A DNA stretch of 64,000 nucleotides from an uncultured delta proteobacterium. GTDB taxonomy: Bacteria > Desulfobacterota > Syntrophia > Syntrophales > UBA5619. The stretch spans positions 224,001 through 288,000 of the forward strand of contig CAWFOM010000006.1 in the NCBI GenBank assembly GCA_963817385.1, written 5' to 3'. How positions within the stretch are numbered: the first letter of the stretch is position 1; every line of letters starts with the position of its first letter. A model generated the notes under the pieces. The model saw only the letters and a list, made by a program, of their open reading frames with translations. It had not been told where the DNA came from and made no database searches. Made by a program: the position numbers and the translations under genes. This document shows positions 38,306 to 48,279 of the stretch, in pieces.

Positions 38306-39370
38306 ATGATCAGGATGGAAAAATTGCGTGTGGGAGTGCTCCTGGGGGGGATCTCCTCGGAGCGGGAGGTCTCCCTGAACAGCGGCAGAAACGTCTTCGA
38401 CAATCTCGACCGGGAGGCATACGATCCCAAGGCCATCTTCATGGACGGCCGGGGGGCTCTCTGGGTGATCCCGTGGCAGTTGATATCCCAGAATACCACC
38501 AAGGACATCACCGAACGGCTCGCAAGCGAAGCGCGTCGGATCTCCTACGAGGGGCTGAAGGACGAGATCGACTTCGCCTTCATCTCGCTGCACGGGAAAT
38601 TCGGAGAGGACGGCTGCGTCCAGGGTCTTCTCGAACTGCTCGGTCTCCCCTACACGGGCCCCGGCGTCCTCGCTTCCGCCCTCGGCATGGACAAGTATAT
38701 CCAGCAGCGGATCCTCCGGGCGGAGGGAATCGGCGTCCCCCAAAGCACCCTCGTCCGGGAGGAGGCGTGGCAGACCGACCGCGAGGGGGTGATCAAGGCG
38801 CTCTTCAGCCGTTTCAAGGCCCCCTTCTTCACCAAACCCCCGCGCGAGGGGTCGAGCATCGGCGTCACCCTCGTCCGGGACGAGGAATCCCTCATCCACG
38901 GCATTGAAGAGGCACTGAAATGGGATAAGGCGGTCCTCGTCGAGGAGTTTATCGAGGGGACGGAATTCTCCTCCATCATCCTGGAAGAGGACGGGGAACC
39001 GCACGCCCTGGAGCTCACGGAGATCAACCCGCAGAGCGAGTATTTCACCTACGACGACAAGTACATGCCCGGCCGCTGCCGGAAATTCACCCCCCCCAAG
39101 AACATTGCGCCGGATGCCGTGGAGGCGATCAAGCGGGAGGCTCTGCGCGCCTTTAAGGCGCTGGGCTTCCGCTCCTACGGAAGAATCGACGGCTTTTACC
39201 TCACGGACGGCCGCGTCCTCATCACGGATCCCAACTCCGCCTCCGGCATGGCGCCCTCCTCGTTCTTCTTCGAGCAGGCGGCCTGCGCGGGGATGCTCCC
39301 CTCAATGATCATCAGCCGTCTCGTCGAGAACGCCCTGATCATCCACCGGCAGAAGACCGGGCCGCTGTAA
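38306..39370 (+). CDS. ddl: D-alanine--D-alanine ligase
   Basis: GGISSEREVSLNSG, LHGKFGEDG, KPPREGSSIG, YDDKY, GRID. Confidence 0.93.
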   Translation: MIRMEKLRVGVLLGGISSEREVSLNSGRNVFDNLDREAYDPKAIFMDGRGALWVIPWQLISQNTTKDITERLASEARRISYEGLKDEIDFAFISLHGKFGEDGCVQGLLELLGLPYTGPGVLASALGMDKYIQQRILRAEGIGVPQSTLVREEAWQTDREGVIKALFSRFKAPFFTKPPREGSSIGVTLVRDEESLIHGIEEALKWDKAVLVEEFIEGTEFSSIILEEDGEPHALELTEINPQSEYFTYDDKYMPGRCRKFTPPKNIAPDAVEAIKREALRAFKALGFRSYGRIDGFYLTDGRVLITDPNSASGMAPSSFFFEQAACAGMLPSMIISRLVENALIIHRQKTGPL

Positions 39371-39396
39371 ACGAACACATCGGTAAGAGAAAATTA

Positions 39397-39425
39397 TTGA
39401 CATACCGGAGAGTTCTTCGTATCTT
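39397..39425 (+). promoter_or_regulatory. Sigma70 promoter (shared cassette, copy 1)
   Basis: TTGACA-N17-TATCTT. Confidence 0.7.
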
Positions 39426-39598
39426 TTCCTCACGGATGGGCATATCATACCGTTCGGCCTCTCCCGGCTGGGCAGCGGCGCCCCCCCCAATGGAGTGATT
39501 GCCGCTGATATTGAAGCCGGCTTGAGAGGTTACGATCTGTTCGGAGTAGCGCGAATCATCCGGGAAAGCGTTTGCAGCAACCTGTTCGGAGGTGCATC

Positions 39599-40660
39599 AT
39601 GTTCATGAGAAGGATGATCCATATCCCCGGTCTCCTGCTTCTTTTGGCGCTGACCGGCTGTGCGGCCGGGCTCGTTTCCGATGCCGGTTCACCCGAAGAG
39701 CGGAGAAAAGCTGCCGCATCAAAAGACGACCTCTGGAATCAAACCATAGCGCTGGAGAAGGAGAAAGCCACCTATCAGAAGCAACTTGCCGATCAGCAGG
39801 CGGAGCTTGACCGGTTGAACAAGGAGCTGGCCGATCAGCAAACTGAAATTGACCGGACAAGCAAACAGGCAACTGAACTGACCGGCGCCCTTGATGATTT
39901 GACCGCGAAGGTAAAGCAGCTCCAGGATGCCAGGCAAAGGGAACACCCTCTGAAGGAGGCTAATCTGGCGCAACCGGAGAAGCTGACGGCGAAGCAGGGG
40001 AAAAAGACCGCGGTCCCAAAGAAAGACGCACAAAAAAAGTCGCCACCTCCCAAGACGCAGGAGCCTAAATCGAAAAGCGACAGGGACCCGCAGATGAAGC
40101 CGCCGCGGGAGGCAGAGCAAAAGATTTTCCCCCCGCAAGAGACCGAACCGGTGCCGGCGAAAAAGGATGAAGGAAAGGAGCCGCCGGAAGTGAGGACGCC
40201 GAAGCCCAGATCCGTGGAGGACCTGAGCGCTCAGATGAAGCAGTTCGAGGAAGACAGACAAAAAGGAACCGCTCTGAAAGAAACGGAGCCGGCGCAAGCG
40301 AAGAAGGAGCCGCTGAAACAGGGGAAAAATATCAGGGGCCAGAAAAAAGACGCGCAAAAAGAGCCGGCGGAGACCAAGGAGCGGGAATCCAAAACCGCTA
40401 CTATCAAGGTCCTTGCCGGCGACGGGAACATTGCTTCCGCCAGGGGGCTGTCGAAACAACTGGGCAAGATGGGTTACCGGGTCAAACTAATCGACCGGGC
40501 CCCGCGGTCAGATTTTGATGTGATTACGGTTTATTACGGAACCGATCACCGCACGGCCGCTGAGACCATGGCAAAAAGGCTGGGCGGCGGCGCCACAGCC
40601 AGGCCGCGGACGTGGTCATCTTCGTTCGACATCATCGTCGTGACGGGACGCAAACCCTAA
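39599..40660 (+). CDS. Lipoprotein with coiled coil, K/P/E-rich linker and LytR_C-like C-terminal domain
   Basis: Lipobox LTGC; IKVLAGDG...A..L...GY...TVYYG...AETMAKRL...DIIVVTG. Confidence 0.75.
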   Translation: MFMRRMIHIPGLLLLLALTGCAAGLVSDAGSPEERRKAAASKDDLWNQTIALEKEKATYQKQLADQQAELDRLNKELADQQTEIDRTSKQATELTGALDDLTAKVKQLQDARQREHPLKEANLAQPEKLTAKQGKKTAVPKKDAQKKSPPPKTQEPKSKSDRDPQMKPPREAEQKIFPPQETEPVPAKKDEGKEPPEVRTPKPRSVEDLSAQMKQFEEDRQKGTALKETEPAQAKKEPLKQGKNIRGQKKDAQKEPAETKERESKTATIKVLAGDGNIASARGLSKQLGKMGYRVKLIDRAPRSDFDVITVYYGTDHRTAAETMAKRLGGGATARPRTWSSSFDIIVVTGRKP

Positions 40661-40722
40661 CAGGGTGTTGAAATATGCCGTGGAGGCGGTCAGCGTTGGA
40701 CGCCGGTCAGCCGGGACGAGGT

Positions 40723-41547
40723 TCATGACGGTATCCGATACCGACGCCCCTTCCTTTCGATAAACGCCTCTTTTTCCAGATCAGCCAGATTCGTCTTCAC
40801 CCTCGCCGCATTCACACCGGTCTCTTTCACGATGCGCGCCGCGGTGAGGGACGACTCCGTGACGAGCAGCTTCAGGATCATTCCCCGCACCTGACGGTTC
40901 GAATCTTCAAAAGGACTCTGGCGGGTATAGTGAGCGCTTCGCCGGTTGGAATTCCCCTGCGTCCGCTTCAGCATGGCGCCGTAGTCCATGAGGGCATTGT
41001 ACCATCGCCGGGGGTTCTCCGCGTCCAGGGTCTGCCGAAGAAGCGGTGCGATCTCCCCGTCGCGGATCTTTTCCCGCTCTGCGAAGAACTCATCAATGTA
41101 GGCACGCCGGATATTCGTGTCCAGGAACACCACAGGTTTGTTGAAAGCAAACGCCATGACGGCGCCCGCCGTATAGGGGCCAATGCCGGGGAGTCCGATC
41201 AGGGTCTCCTGATCGGAGGGTAATTTCCCCCGATGCACGCTGACGACCTCCTGGGCAAGCCGGCGGAGCAGGAGAGCGCGGCGGTTATACCCCATACCCT
41301 GCCAGAGGCGGAGCAGCTCCGGGAGCGGCGCCCCGGCAAGGGACGGAAAATCCGGAAATGCGGCAAGAAACTCCGGGTATTTTTCGATCACCCGCTCGAC
41401 CTGGGTCTGCTGGAGCATGATCTCGGAGACCAGGATGCGGTAGGGATTTTTTGTCCTGCGCCAGGGAAGATCGCGGCCATGGGTGCGATAGTGATCGTAG
41501 ACTTTCTTCTGGAACAGATGGATCGTGGACGGAGAAAGAATCTTCAT
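40723..41547 (-). CDS. mutY: A/G-specific adenine glycosylase (short MutY-like, HhH-GPD)
   Basis: RDLPWR, VSEIMLQQTQV, WQGMGYNRRA, LPGIGPYTA, DTNIRR. Confidence 0.85.
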   Translation of the reverse strand: MKILSPSTIHLFQKKVYDHYRTHGRDLPWRRTKNPYRILVSEIMLQQTQVERVIEKYPEFLAAFPDFPSLAGAPLPELLRLWQGMGYNRRALLLRRLAQEVVSVHRGKLPSDQETLIGLPGIGPYTAGAVMAFAFNKPVVFLDTNIRRAYIDEFFAEREKIRDGEIAPLLRQTLDAENPRRWYNALMDYGAMLKRTQGNSNRRSAHYTRQSPFEDSNRQVRGMILKLLVTESSLTAARIVKETGVNAARVKTNLADLEKEAFIERKGRRYRIPS

Positions 41548-41795
41548 GTGCTATCGTTAGGTACTCGCTTTTTGGGGGAACGGTAAGAAAAAGCGAGCCT
41601 GGTGTCAAGGAAAATAACCGTGAGCCCCGGGAATGCGTATGCAGGCATCCTCCTCGATTAACCTTATGCATTTTGGGTTACGAGTGGTTACGCACGGCTC
41701 TTTATGGTATAAAGCGCGTTATTGCCCGTCGCGGTGGCGACGGGCAACGTTTCGAGGTTTTCCTGCACGGCATCGATACAGGCGGACAGGGGAAA

Positions 41796-42800
41796 ATGAT
41801 TCACAGCGCAACACTCGTCAATGATCCCTTCGGTGATCCCGGCGCGTACGTGGATTTCCGGTACCGGCGGGAGGCCTTTCTGTTCGACCTCGGCGATATC
41901 CGCCTCCTGCCGCCGCGCAAGCTCTTAAAGATCGATCACATCTTCGTTTCTCACACGCACATGGACCATTTCATCGGCTTTGATCATCTCCTGAGGATCT
42001 CCCTGGGGAGGGACCGGCGCATCCATCTGTACGGTCCTCCCAACTTCCTGCAGAACGTGGAGAACAAGCTCCGTTCCTATACGTGGAATCTGGTCGCCAA
42101 CTACACCAACAACTTCGAGTTGCTCGTGACGGAGGTGCATCCGGAACAGACTATCAGCAGGCGGTATCGATGCAGGAATGCCTTCCTGCCGGAGGGCGAG
42201 GAACGGGCGGATTACGACGGCACGCTCGTTCACGGGGATTTCTTTTCCGTCAGGTCGGTACTCCTCGATCACGGCACCCCCTGCCTGGCGTTTCGATTTG
42301 AGGAAAAGACGCGCATCAACATCAAGAAAAATATGCTCAAGGAGATGGGGCTTCCCACGGGGGCATGGCTGCTGGAGCTTAAGGCGCACGTTGCGAGGGG
42401 CGAACCGGACGATCTGCCCGTCCGGGTATGGTGGCGCGGCGACGACGGTCGGCGGGAGGAAAAAATCATGCCCCTCGGGGTGTTGCGAAACGAGGCCGTG
42501 AAGATCACGCCGGGGCAGATCGTATCCTACGTAACCGACGCCCTCTATAGCGAAGAAAATGTCCGCCGGATCATCGAGATCGCCGCTGGTGCGGATCTCA
42601 TGTTTATCGAGGCGACGTTTCTTCACGCGGACGCCGATGCCGCAACGCGGAAATGCCATCTCACGGCGAGACAGGCGGGCATGCTGGCAAGGCAGGCGGG
42701 CGCAAAGCGCTTGGTTCTGTTTCATTTTTCTCCGAAGTACACAGGCCGGGGGGATCTCCTCAGCGATGAGGCGATGAACGCTTTTCAGGGCGCGCCCTGA
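41796..42800 (+). CDS. RNase Z-like metallo-beta-lactamase
   Basis: LVNDPFGDPG, SHTHMDH, YVTD, IEATF, HLTA, FHFSPKY. Confidence 0.85.
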   Translation: MIHSATLVNDPFGDPGAYVDFRYRREAFLFDLGDIRLLPPRKLLKIDHIFVSHTHMDHFIGFDHLLRISLGRDRRIHLYGPPNFLQNVENKLRSYTWNLVANYTNNFELLVTEVHPEQTISRRYRCRNAFLPEGEERADYDGTLVHGDFFSVRSVLLDHGTPCLAFRFEEKTRINIKKNMLKEMGLPTGAWLLELKAHVARGEPDDLPVRVWWRGDDGRREEKIMPLGVLRNEAVKITPGQIVSYVTDALYSEENVRRIIEIAAGADLMFIEATFLHADADAATRKCHLTARQAGMLARQAGAKRLVLFHFSPKYTGRGDLLSDEAMNAFQGAP

Positions 42801-42900
42801 TCCTGCTCGTTATATCAGTACATGCGGCCTGAGCGGCAAACTCTCCTTCCCCCCCCCACAATGCCGCATGCAGGGTCAGAAATACAGGGCCAGAAACCCG

Positions 42901-42929
42901 TTGACATACCGGGCGGTTCTTCGTATCCT
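42901..42929 (+). promoter_or_regulatory. Sigma70 promoter (shared cassette, copy 2)
   Basis: TTGACA-N17-TATCCT. Confidence 0.7.
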
Positions 42930-42974
42930 TCCCATGCACAAGGCTTGAACAAATCGGATCCAAGGGAAAGATGG

Positions 42975-43560
42975 ATGGACGAAATGCCGAAAAATTGTGA
43001 GATCTCCGATGAGGACTTGAGGGCGGCCCGAAAGGAGATGAAGACGTATGTGGACATCACGGATGATGACCTGAAGCGGATTTTTACAATTGCGTTACGG
43101 TATGCCGAACAGAGAATTGCCCGCCGGGTTTCCGTGCGCGAGGTGATGACGAAAAATGTCATAAAGATCAGAGCTGATGCGGACATCAACGAAGTGACGA
43201 ATCTCCTTTCCGAAAACAGAATCAGCGGTCTGCCGGTCGTGGACGGCGAGGACCGGGTCATCGGCGTCATTACGGAAGCGGATGTCCTGTCCATGGCGGG
43301 CATGCGAGAAGGAGCATGCGTTCAAGGATATCATCCGGCATATCCTCGGCGAACCGCTCCCCGGAAATAAAAGAACCAAGAGCCTCCGGGATGTCATGAG
43401 TTCCCCGGCGATAACGACCGGCCCTGACGCGGACATCCGGGAAGTAGCCCTGACGCTGGACGAAAAGAGGATAAAACGGCTCCCCGTTGTGGATGAGAAG
43501 GGAAAGCTGATCGGGGTGATTTCGAGGGCGGACATCGTAAGGACAATCGGGACAACATGA
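42975..43560 (+). CDS. CBS-pair protein (one +1 frameshift near 43305)
   Basis: VREVMT..ISGLPVVD..IGVITEAD and RDVMS..IKRLPVVD..IGVISRAD in successive frames. Confidence 0.85.
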
Positions 43561-44102
43561 AAATCCGTGAATATCTTTCAAAAATGAAGGGCGGGGCAAC
43601 AAGCCCGCCCGGCGTGGGTTTAGATGAGGTACTGTGGGCATTGCTGGGCTCTGCGATCGCGATATGTATCTGTCAATACATCTCGGTACGGTATTTTGAG
43701 CCGAGAGACCTGACGCTTATCGTCGGGTCGTTGGGCGCATCGGCAGTCCTTGTTTACGGCGCCATCAAGAGCCCCTTTGCGCAGCCGAGGAATCTCGTCG
43801 GCGGTCACATCGTGTCGGGGCTGGTCGGTGTTTCATGCTATCAGCTGTTTGGCGGCACCCTCTGGCTGGCGGCAGCCCTGGCCGTCTCCGTTGCCATAGG
43901 CGCCATGATGGTAACAAAAACGGTGCACCCCCCGGGTGGTGCAACCGCGCTGATCGCCGTTATCGGCGGGCCGAAGGTGCACGCCCTCGGCTTTCTGTAT
44001 CCGTTTGTGCCGGCCGGGCTGGGTGCGTTGATCCTCCTGGCGGTCGCGCTGCTGGTGAATAACCTGTCAAAAAATCGAAAGTATCCGGAGTATTGGTTTT
44101 AG
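43557..44102 (+). CDS. HPP family membrane protein
   Basis: GASAVL, SPFAQPRNLVGGH, TVHPPGGA. Confidence 0.92.
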   Translation: MKIREYLSKMKGGATSPPGVGLDEVLWALLGSAIAICICQYISVRYFEPRDLTLIVGSLGASAVLVYGAIKSPFAQPRNLVGGHIVSGLVGVSCYQLFGGTLWLAAALAVSVAIGAMMVTKTVHPPGGATALIAVIGGPKVHALGFLYPFVPAGLGALILLAVALLVNNLSKNRKYPEYWF

Positions 44103-44114
44103 CGGAGAAACTTG

Positions 44115-44143
44115 TTGACATGCACGACCGTCCTTCGTATCCT
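44115..44143 (+). promoter_or_regulatory. Sigma70 promoter (shared cassette, copy 3)
   Basis: TTGACA-N17-TATCCT. Confidence 0.7.
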
Positions 44144-44238
44144 TCCCTCGCAAAACAGTGCTTTTAGCGTATCGGTTTCGGTCAGACCGGGGTGCCCTGT
44201 TCCCTGTCGGCTCCGGTTTGTCCGGATGAGGAAAGAAT

Positions 44239-45582
44239 ATGTTCCAAACAATCAGTGCCCTGCTGGAAAAGAGAGACTGCCGTTTCACCCCGTCCGGACC
44301 CACCGTCGGGGAGATCGAAGCCCTGGCGGCGGGAATCAGGGACCGCTTCAGCGAGCAGGGCGTACCTGCCGATGAACCGGTCTGCCTCTGCGCCGGGGAA
44401 AGATCGCACCTCCTGGCCGCCCTGCTCGCATCGATGGCGGGCGCTCCGCCTTTCATCCTGCCCCACGCATTTCACCCGCAGGTCCTCAAGGAGGTGCGCG
44501 CCGTGCGGCCTTTCCGGCTGATCCTGGCGGATACCGCCGTCGAGCCGCCCGAGGGGGTTGCCGTGATCGGGATGGAGGAGTGCCGTCCGACTCGTGATTT
44601 ACTGAAGATCGTCCGTCCCCCTGATAAGGCCTTTCTTTCACTCTTCACGGGTGGTTCCACCGGGAAACCCCGGATATGGCCCAAGACCCCCGCAAACCTG
44701 TTCGGCGAGGCCCTCCACCTCGCAAAGACCCTCGGCATCGAGGGGAGCGATCTTATAGTGCCCACCGTCCCACCGCAGCACATCTATGGCCTCCTCTTTT
44801 CGGTCCTCCTCCCCTTCGTCGCCTCAGCCCGCGTGCTGGGCCGCACCTGCACGTTTCCACAGGAAATCCTGAGCGCCCTGCAGAACGAAGAGGGCACCGT
44901 TCTGGTCAGCGTGCCGATCCACTACCGGGCCATGAGGGCCGGCGGAATCCGGCGATTTTCGCTCCGGCTGGCCCTCTCCTCGGCAGCTCCCCTCGACGAC
45001 GAGGATGCCGCCTTCTTCCGGGAACAGACAGGGTTGGCGATTACCGAAATCTACGGCTCGACGGAGACGGGAGGAATGGCGATCCGTTCCTACGGGGCAA
45101 ATCACGGCTCCTGGGAACCTTTTGCCTGCATTGACTGGAAGATCCTCTCCGACCATCTTTGCATCCGATCGACATTCGTCTCCCCCGATCTGCCGCGCGA
45201 TGCCGACGGATTTTTCATGACGGCGGACCGCGCTGCCGAGGTCGGGGAGAACCGGTTCATGCTGCGCGGGCGGGCGGACAACGTCGTCAAAGTCGCCGGC
45301 AAGCGGGTGGACCTGGAGGAGATCCGGGAGAAGATCAGGCGGATTCCGGGCGTGACGGATGCATACGTCACGGCAGTTCCCTTGAAACGGGCGCGACAGG
45401 TGGAGATCGCGGCCCTGGTGGTGAGCGATCTGCCTACCCGCAATCTCAGAGCGGCCATCCGGTCGATGGACGAATCCGCCGGCCGGCCGAAGAGGATCCG
45501 GATCGTCGAGGCCATCCCGATCCTGCCGAACGGGAAGATAGACCGGGAGCGGGTCGATCAGCTCCTCTGTGGGGAGGGTTGA
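44239..45582 (+). CDS. AMP-binding ligase (ApeH/XanA2-like acyl/aryl-ACP synthetase)
   Basis: FTGGSTGKP, TVPPQHIYGLLFSVLLP, EIYGSTETGG, GRADNVVKVAGKR, PNGK. Confidence 0.8.
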   Translation: MFQTISALLEKRDCRFTPSGPTVGEIEALAAGIRDRFSEQGVPADEPVCLCAGERSHLLAALLASMAGAPPFILPHAFHPQVLKEVRAVRPFRLILADTAVEPPEGVAVIGMEECRPTRDLLKIVRPPDKAFLSLFTGGSTGKPRIWPKTPANLFGEALHLAKTLGIEGSDLIVPTVPPQHIYGLLFSVLLPFVASARVLGRTCTFPQEILSALQNEEGTVLVSVPIHYRAMRAGGIRRFSLRLALSSAAPLDDEDAAFFREQTGLAITEIYGSTETGGMAIRSYGANHGSWEPFACIDWKILSDHLCIRSTFVSPDLPRDADGFFMTADRAAEVGENRFMLRGRADNVVKVAGKRVDLEEIREKIRRIPGVTDAYVTAVPLKRARQVEIAALVVSDLPTRNLRAAIRSMDESAGRPKRIRIVEAIPILPNGKIDRERVDQLLCGEG

Positions 45583-45583
45583 G

Positions 45584-46444
45584 ATGCGTAGTGGTCGTCG
45601 ATGGAGATGGGGTTTATTGATGGGCCTCGCATTTCTGGTCCCGATTTTCTCATTGCCCAACATCGCCGCCGGGGCGGAAAAACCTCTTTGGGAATTGGGC
45701 GCGGGATTGGGTCTTCTTCAGATGCCCGATTACCGGGGTTCCGATAAAAACCGGATTTATCTGCTGCCCTATCCCTACTTCATCTACCGCGGCGATATCT
45801 TGCGGGTCGATCGGGAACGCGTCTCGGGACGTATCTTTAAAACCGATACCGTTCTGTTGGATATCAGCCTTTTCGGTCAGGTGCCCGTCAAGAGTTCGGA
45901 CAACGACGCCCGCCGCGGCATGCCCGATCTGGACCCGACGGTTGAACTCGGACCTTCCTTGGACATAACGCTTCTGGAAAACCGGCAGGATCGGTATAAA
46001 CTGAATCTCACCCTGCCGGTGCGCGCCGTTTTTTCCACCGATTTTTCCTCGCTACGGCATGAAGGTTGGGTATTCAGTCCGCGATTGGCATTCGAAAAAG
46101 CCGACTTCATCTCCGGGACCGGTTTGAATATGGGAATTTCCGCCGGGCCGCTGTTTGCCGACCGCGGTTACAACAGTTACTACTATTCGGTCGATCCCGC
46201 CTATGCCACCGCCTCGCGTCCTTCCTATGACGCGGGCGCCGGATACGCCGGGTCCTCGATTACTTTCGGTTTGAACAAAGGATATAAACAACTGGTGTTC
46301 AACGCTTTTGTCAGCATCACGTTTCTCCAGGGCGCCGTTATCGAAGACAGTCCGCTGGTCAAATCCCACTATTCCGTCATGAGCGGCATCGCCGTCTCCT
46401 GGATCTTCCTGAAATCGGCAAAGAGCGTACCGGCGGAACGATAA
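45584..46444 (+). CDS. MipA/OmpV family outer membrane protein
   Basis: Signal peptide, WELGAG..PDYRGSD..LPY, RRGMPDLDP, YYYSV, SPLV. Confidence 0.85.
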   Translation: MRSGRRWRWGLLMGLAFLVPIFSLPNIAAGAEKPLWELGAGLGLLQMPDYRGSDKNRIYLLPYPYFIYRGDILRVDRERVSGRIFKTDTVLLDISLFGQVPVKSSDNDARRGMPDLDPTVELGPSLDITLLENRQDRYKLNLTLPVRAVFSTDFSSLRHEGWVFSPRLAFEKADFISGTGLNMGISAGPLFADRGYNSYYYSVDPAYATASRPSYDAGAGYAGSSITFGLNKGYKQLVFNAFVSITFLQGAVIEDSPLVKSHYSVMSGIAVSWIFLKSAKSVPAER

Positions 46445-46608
46445 ACGTCTCCCGTCAGCAAATCATTTCCCGCCTCTTTTCGCATCGCCGATCGTTCCGC
46501 CGGGTAGTGATTTTTCATGGTTCATCCGGCATAAGCATTCTTTGTAAAAAGCATTTTTCTTTAACCTACCAAAATTCTTCAGCGGTAGAAACTCCGATAT
46601 AATATTCA

Positions 46609-46637
46609 TTGACAAACAAAAACGGCCCCCCTATACT
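46609..46637 (+). promoter_or_regulatory. Sigma70 promoter
   Basis: TTGACA-N17-TATACT upstream of the LarA-like gene. Confidence 0.75.
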
Positions 46638-46806
46638 TCGATCCCTTGAAAGTAATGTCTTAGTGCGCCAGGCAAAGCTTGGCGAATCCAGGTGGTTGAG
46701 AAGACAGCCTGACAAAATTAGCTGACCGTCAGAACCGAGTTTTCATTCATGCGGGTAACTGCTATGGGTGAAGCGTAAGCATGGAGACGGCGGATGGAGT
46801 AAAAAA

Positions 46807-48063
46807 ATGGAGGAGTCAACCATAGGAGCAAAGATAGTTAGTCTGCGTGTTGCGGGTTGGTTTGGCGAAAGGGACATTGAGCTGGCGTTTCCCTCGACGT
46901 GGGAGGTGACTGAACGCCGCATGGCGGGCCACGACAAGCCCGCTCTCACCGACGAGGAGATGAGGTCAGCCCTCCGGAACCCCTTCAGCGCTCCCCGGCT
47001 GAGCGAACTGGCCAAAGGCAAGCAGAAGGCGGTCATTCTTTTCGACGACCTGCCCAAACCCACCCCCACCAGCCGGATCGTCCCCTTCGTTCTGGAGGAG
47101 ATGCATGCCGGAGGGATCACCGACGACCAGATCCGTTTCGTCAACGCGCCGGGCACCCACAGGAACATGACCTATGGGGAGTTGGCGATGAAGCTGGGCG
47201 CCGACATCGTGGAGAGGTACCCGGTCTACCAGCACAACGTATACGAAAACTTGGTGGAGGTGGGGACCACGAGCAACGGTACTCCTGTCCTGGTTAACCG
47301 GGAGTTCATGTCATGCGACCTGCGGGTGGGCATCGGCAGCATCATCCCTCACCAGTCGGCGGGATTCGGAGCCGGCGGCAAGATCATCCTGCCGGGCATA
47401 GCGGGGATGAAGACGGTCGCCTACCACCACACGCATCTTCGCAAAGGTCCCAATAGTAACAAGGTGAAGCTGGGGCGGGTAGACGACAACCCCTTCCGGC
47501 TGGACATAGAGGAGGCGGCGCGGCTGGCCGGTCTGCAGTTCAAGGTGGACTGCGTGCTGAATAACCGCCGCGAGGTGGCGGGGCTGTTCGCGGGGGACTT
47601 CGTGGCAGAGCATCGGGCTGGGGTGAAGCTGGCGCGAGAAATCTACACGACGGAGATGTTGAAGGAGATGGATGTCGTGGTGAACAACGGCTATCCCGAT
47701 GAGTGCCAGTTCAGGCGCTCCACCTGGACTGTGCCGATTTCCCTGAGGGAGGGAGGCGATGTGGTGATCGTCAACCATGCCCACTCGGGGCAGGTGGTGC
47801 ACCAGTGGAATGGGCGGTTCGGGACTGATTACGGCGGAGGCGGCTGGTCTGCCGGGGCGAAGGCCGACCACCTTACCAAGGCAGGCAGAGTGATCATCAT
47901 GGCCCCGTTCCTGGCCAAGATGGACAGAATGGAGTTTGGGGCAGCCGACAAGGTGGTGTGGTACAAGAGCTGGGGGGAGGTGTTGGCGGACCTGGTGTCC
48001 CGGCATGGACCTGGCACAAAGGTAGGGGTCTACCCCTACACGCCTATCCAGTTGCCTGTCTAG
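46807..48063 (+). CDS. LarA-family (nickel-pincer) racemase/epimerase
   Basis: DDLPKPTP, APGTHR, GTTSNGTPVLVN, PHQSAGFGAGGKIILPG. Confidence 0.85.
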   Translation: MEESTIGAKIVSLRVAGWFGERDIELAFPSTWEVTERRMAGHDKPALTDEEMRSALRNPFSAPRLSELAKGKQKAVILFDDLPKPTPTSRIVPFVLEEMHAGGITDDQIRFVNAPGTHRNMTYGELAMKLGADIVERYPVYQHNVYENLVEVGTTSNGTPVLVNREFMSCDLRVGIGSIIPHQSAGFGAGGKIILPGIAGMKTVAYHHTHLRKGPNSNKVKLGRVDDNPFRLDIEEAARLAGLQFKVDCVLNNRREVAGLFAGDFVAEHRAGVKLAREIYTTEMLKEMDVVVNNGYPDECQFRRSTWTVPISLREGGDVVIVNHAHSGQVVHQWNGRFGTDYGGGGWSAGAKADHLTKAGRVIIMAPFLAKMDRMEFGAADKVVWYKSWGEVLADLVSRHGPGTKVGVYPYTPIQLPV

Positions 48064-48279
48064 TGTAATGTTTAAAACAGGGGCAATTACTCAGATAGCC
48101 CCACCATGGAGCCATAATTGACTGGCGAGTAGTATCCTCTCCCCGCGATGCAAGCAAAAAAACAGCAGCATGCCTATTATAGAGAAAAGAGAGGGGCTAA
48201 ATAACACCGTCTAGCGGTGCGTCTGAACTGGCACGCATCGGGATAAGCCGGTCTCATCGTCGAAAACATTGGTAGACAC

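Noticed and set aside
36326..39370. alr-ddl as a van-type glycopeptide resistance locus
   Set aside because: Ligase keeps the YDDKY loop of D-Ala-D-Ala ligases; no vanH/X/R/S; the racemase lacks the VanT membrane domain
45607..45619. ATGGGGTTTATTG shared with 22767-22779
   Set aside because: Only 13 bp with no flanking similarity; likely chance
48231..48247. CTGGCACG upstream of cfa as a sigma54 promoter
   Set aside because: The -12 TTGC element is missing
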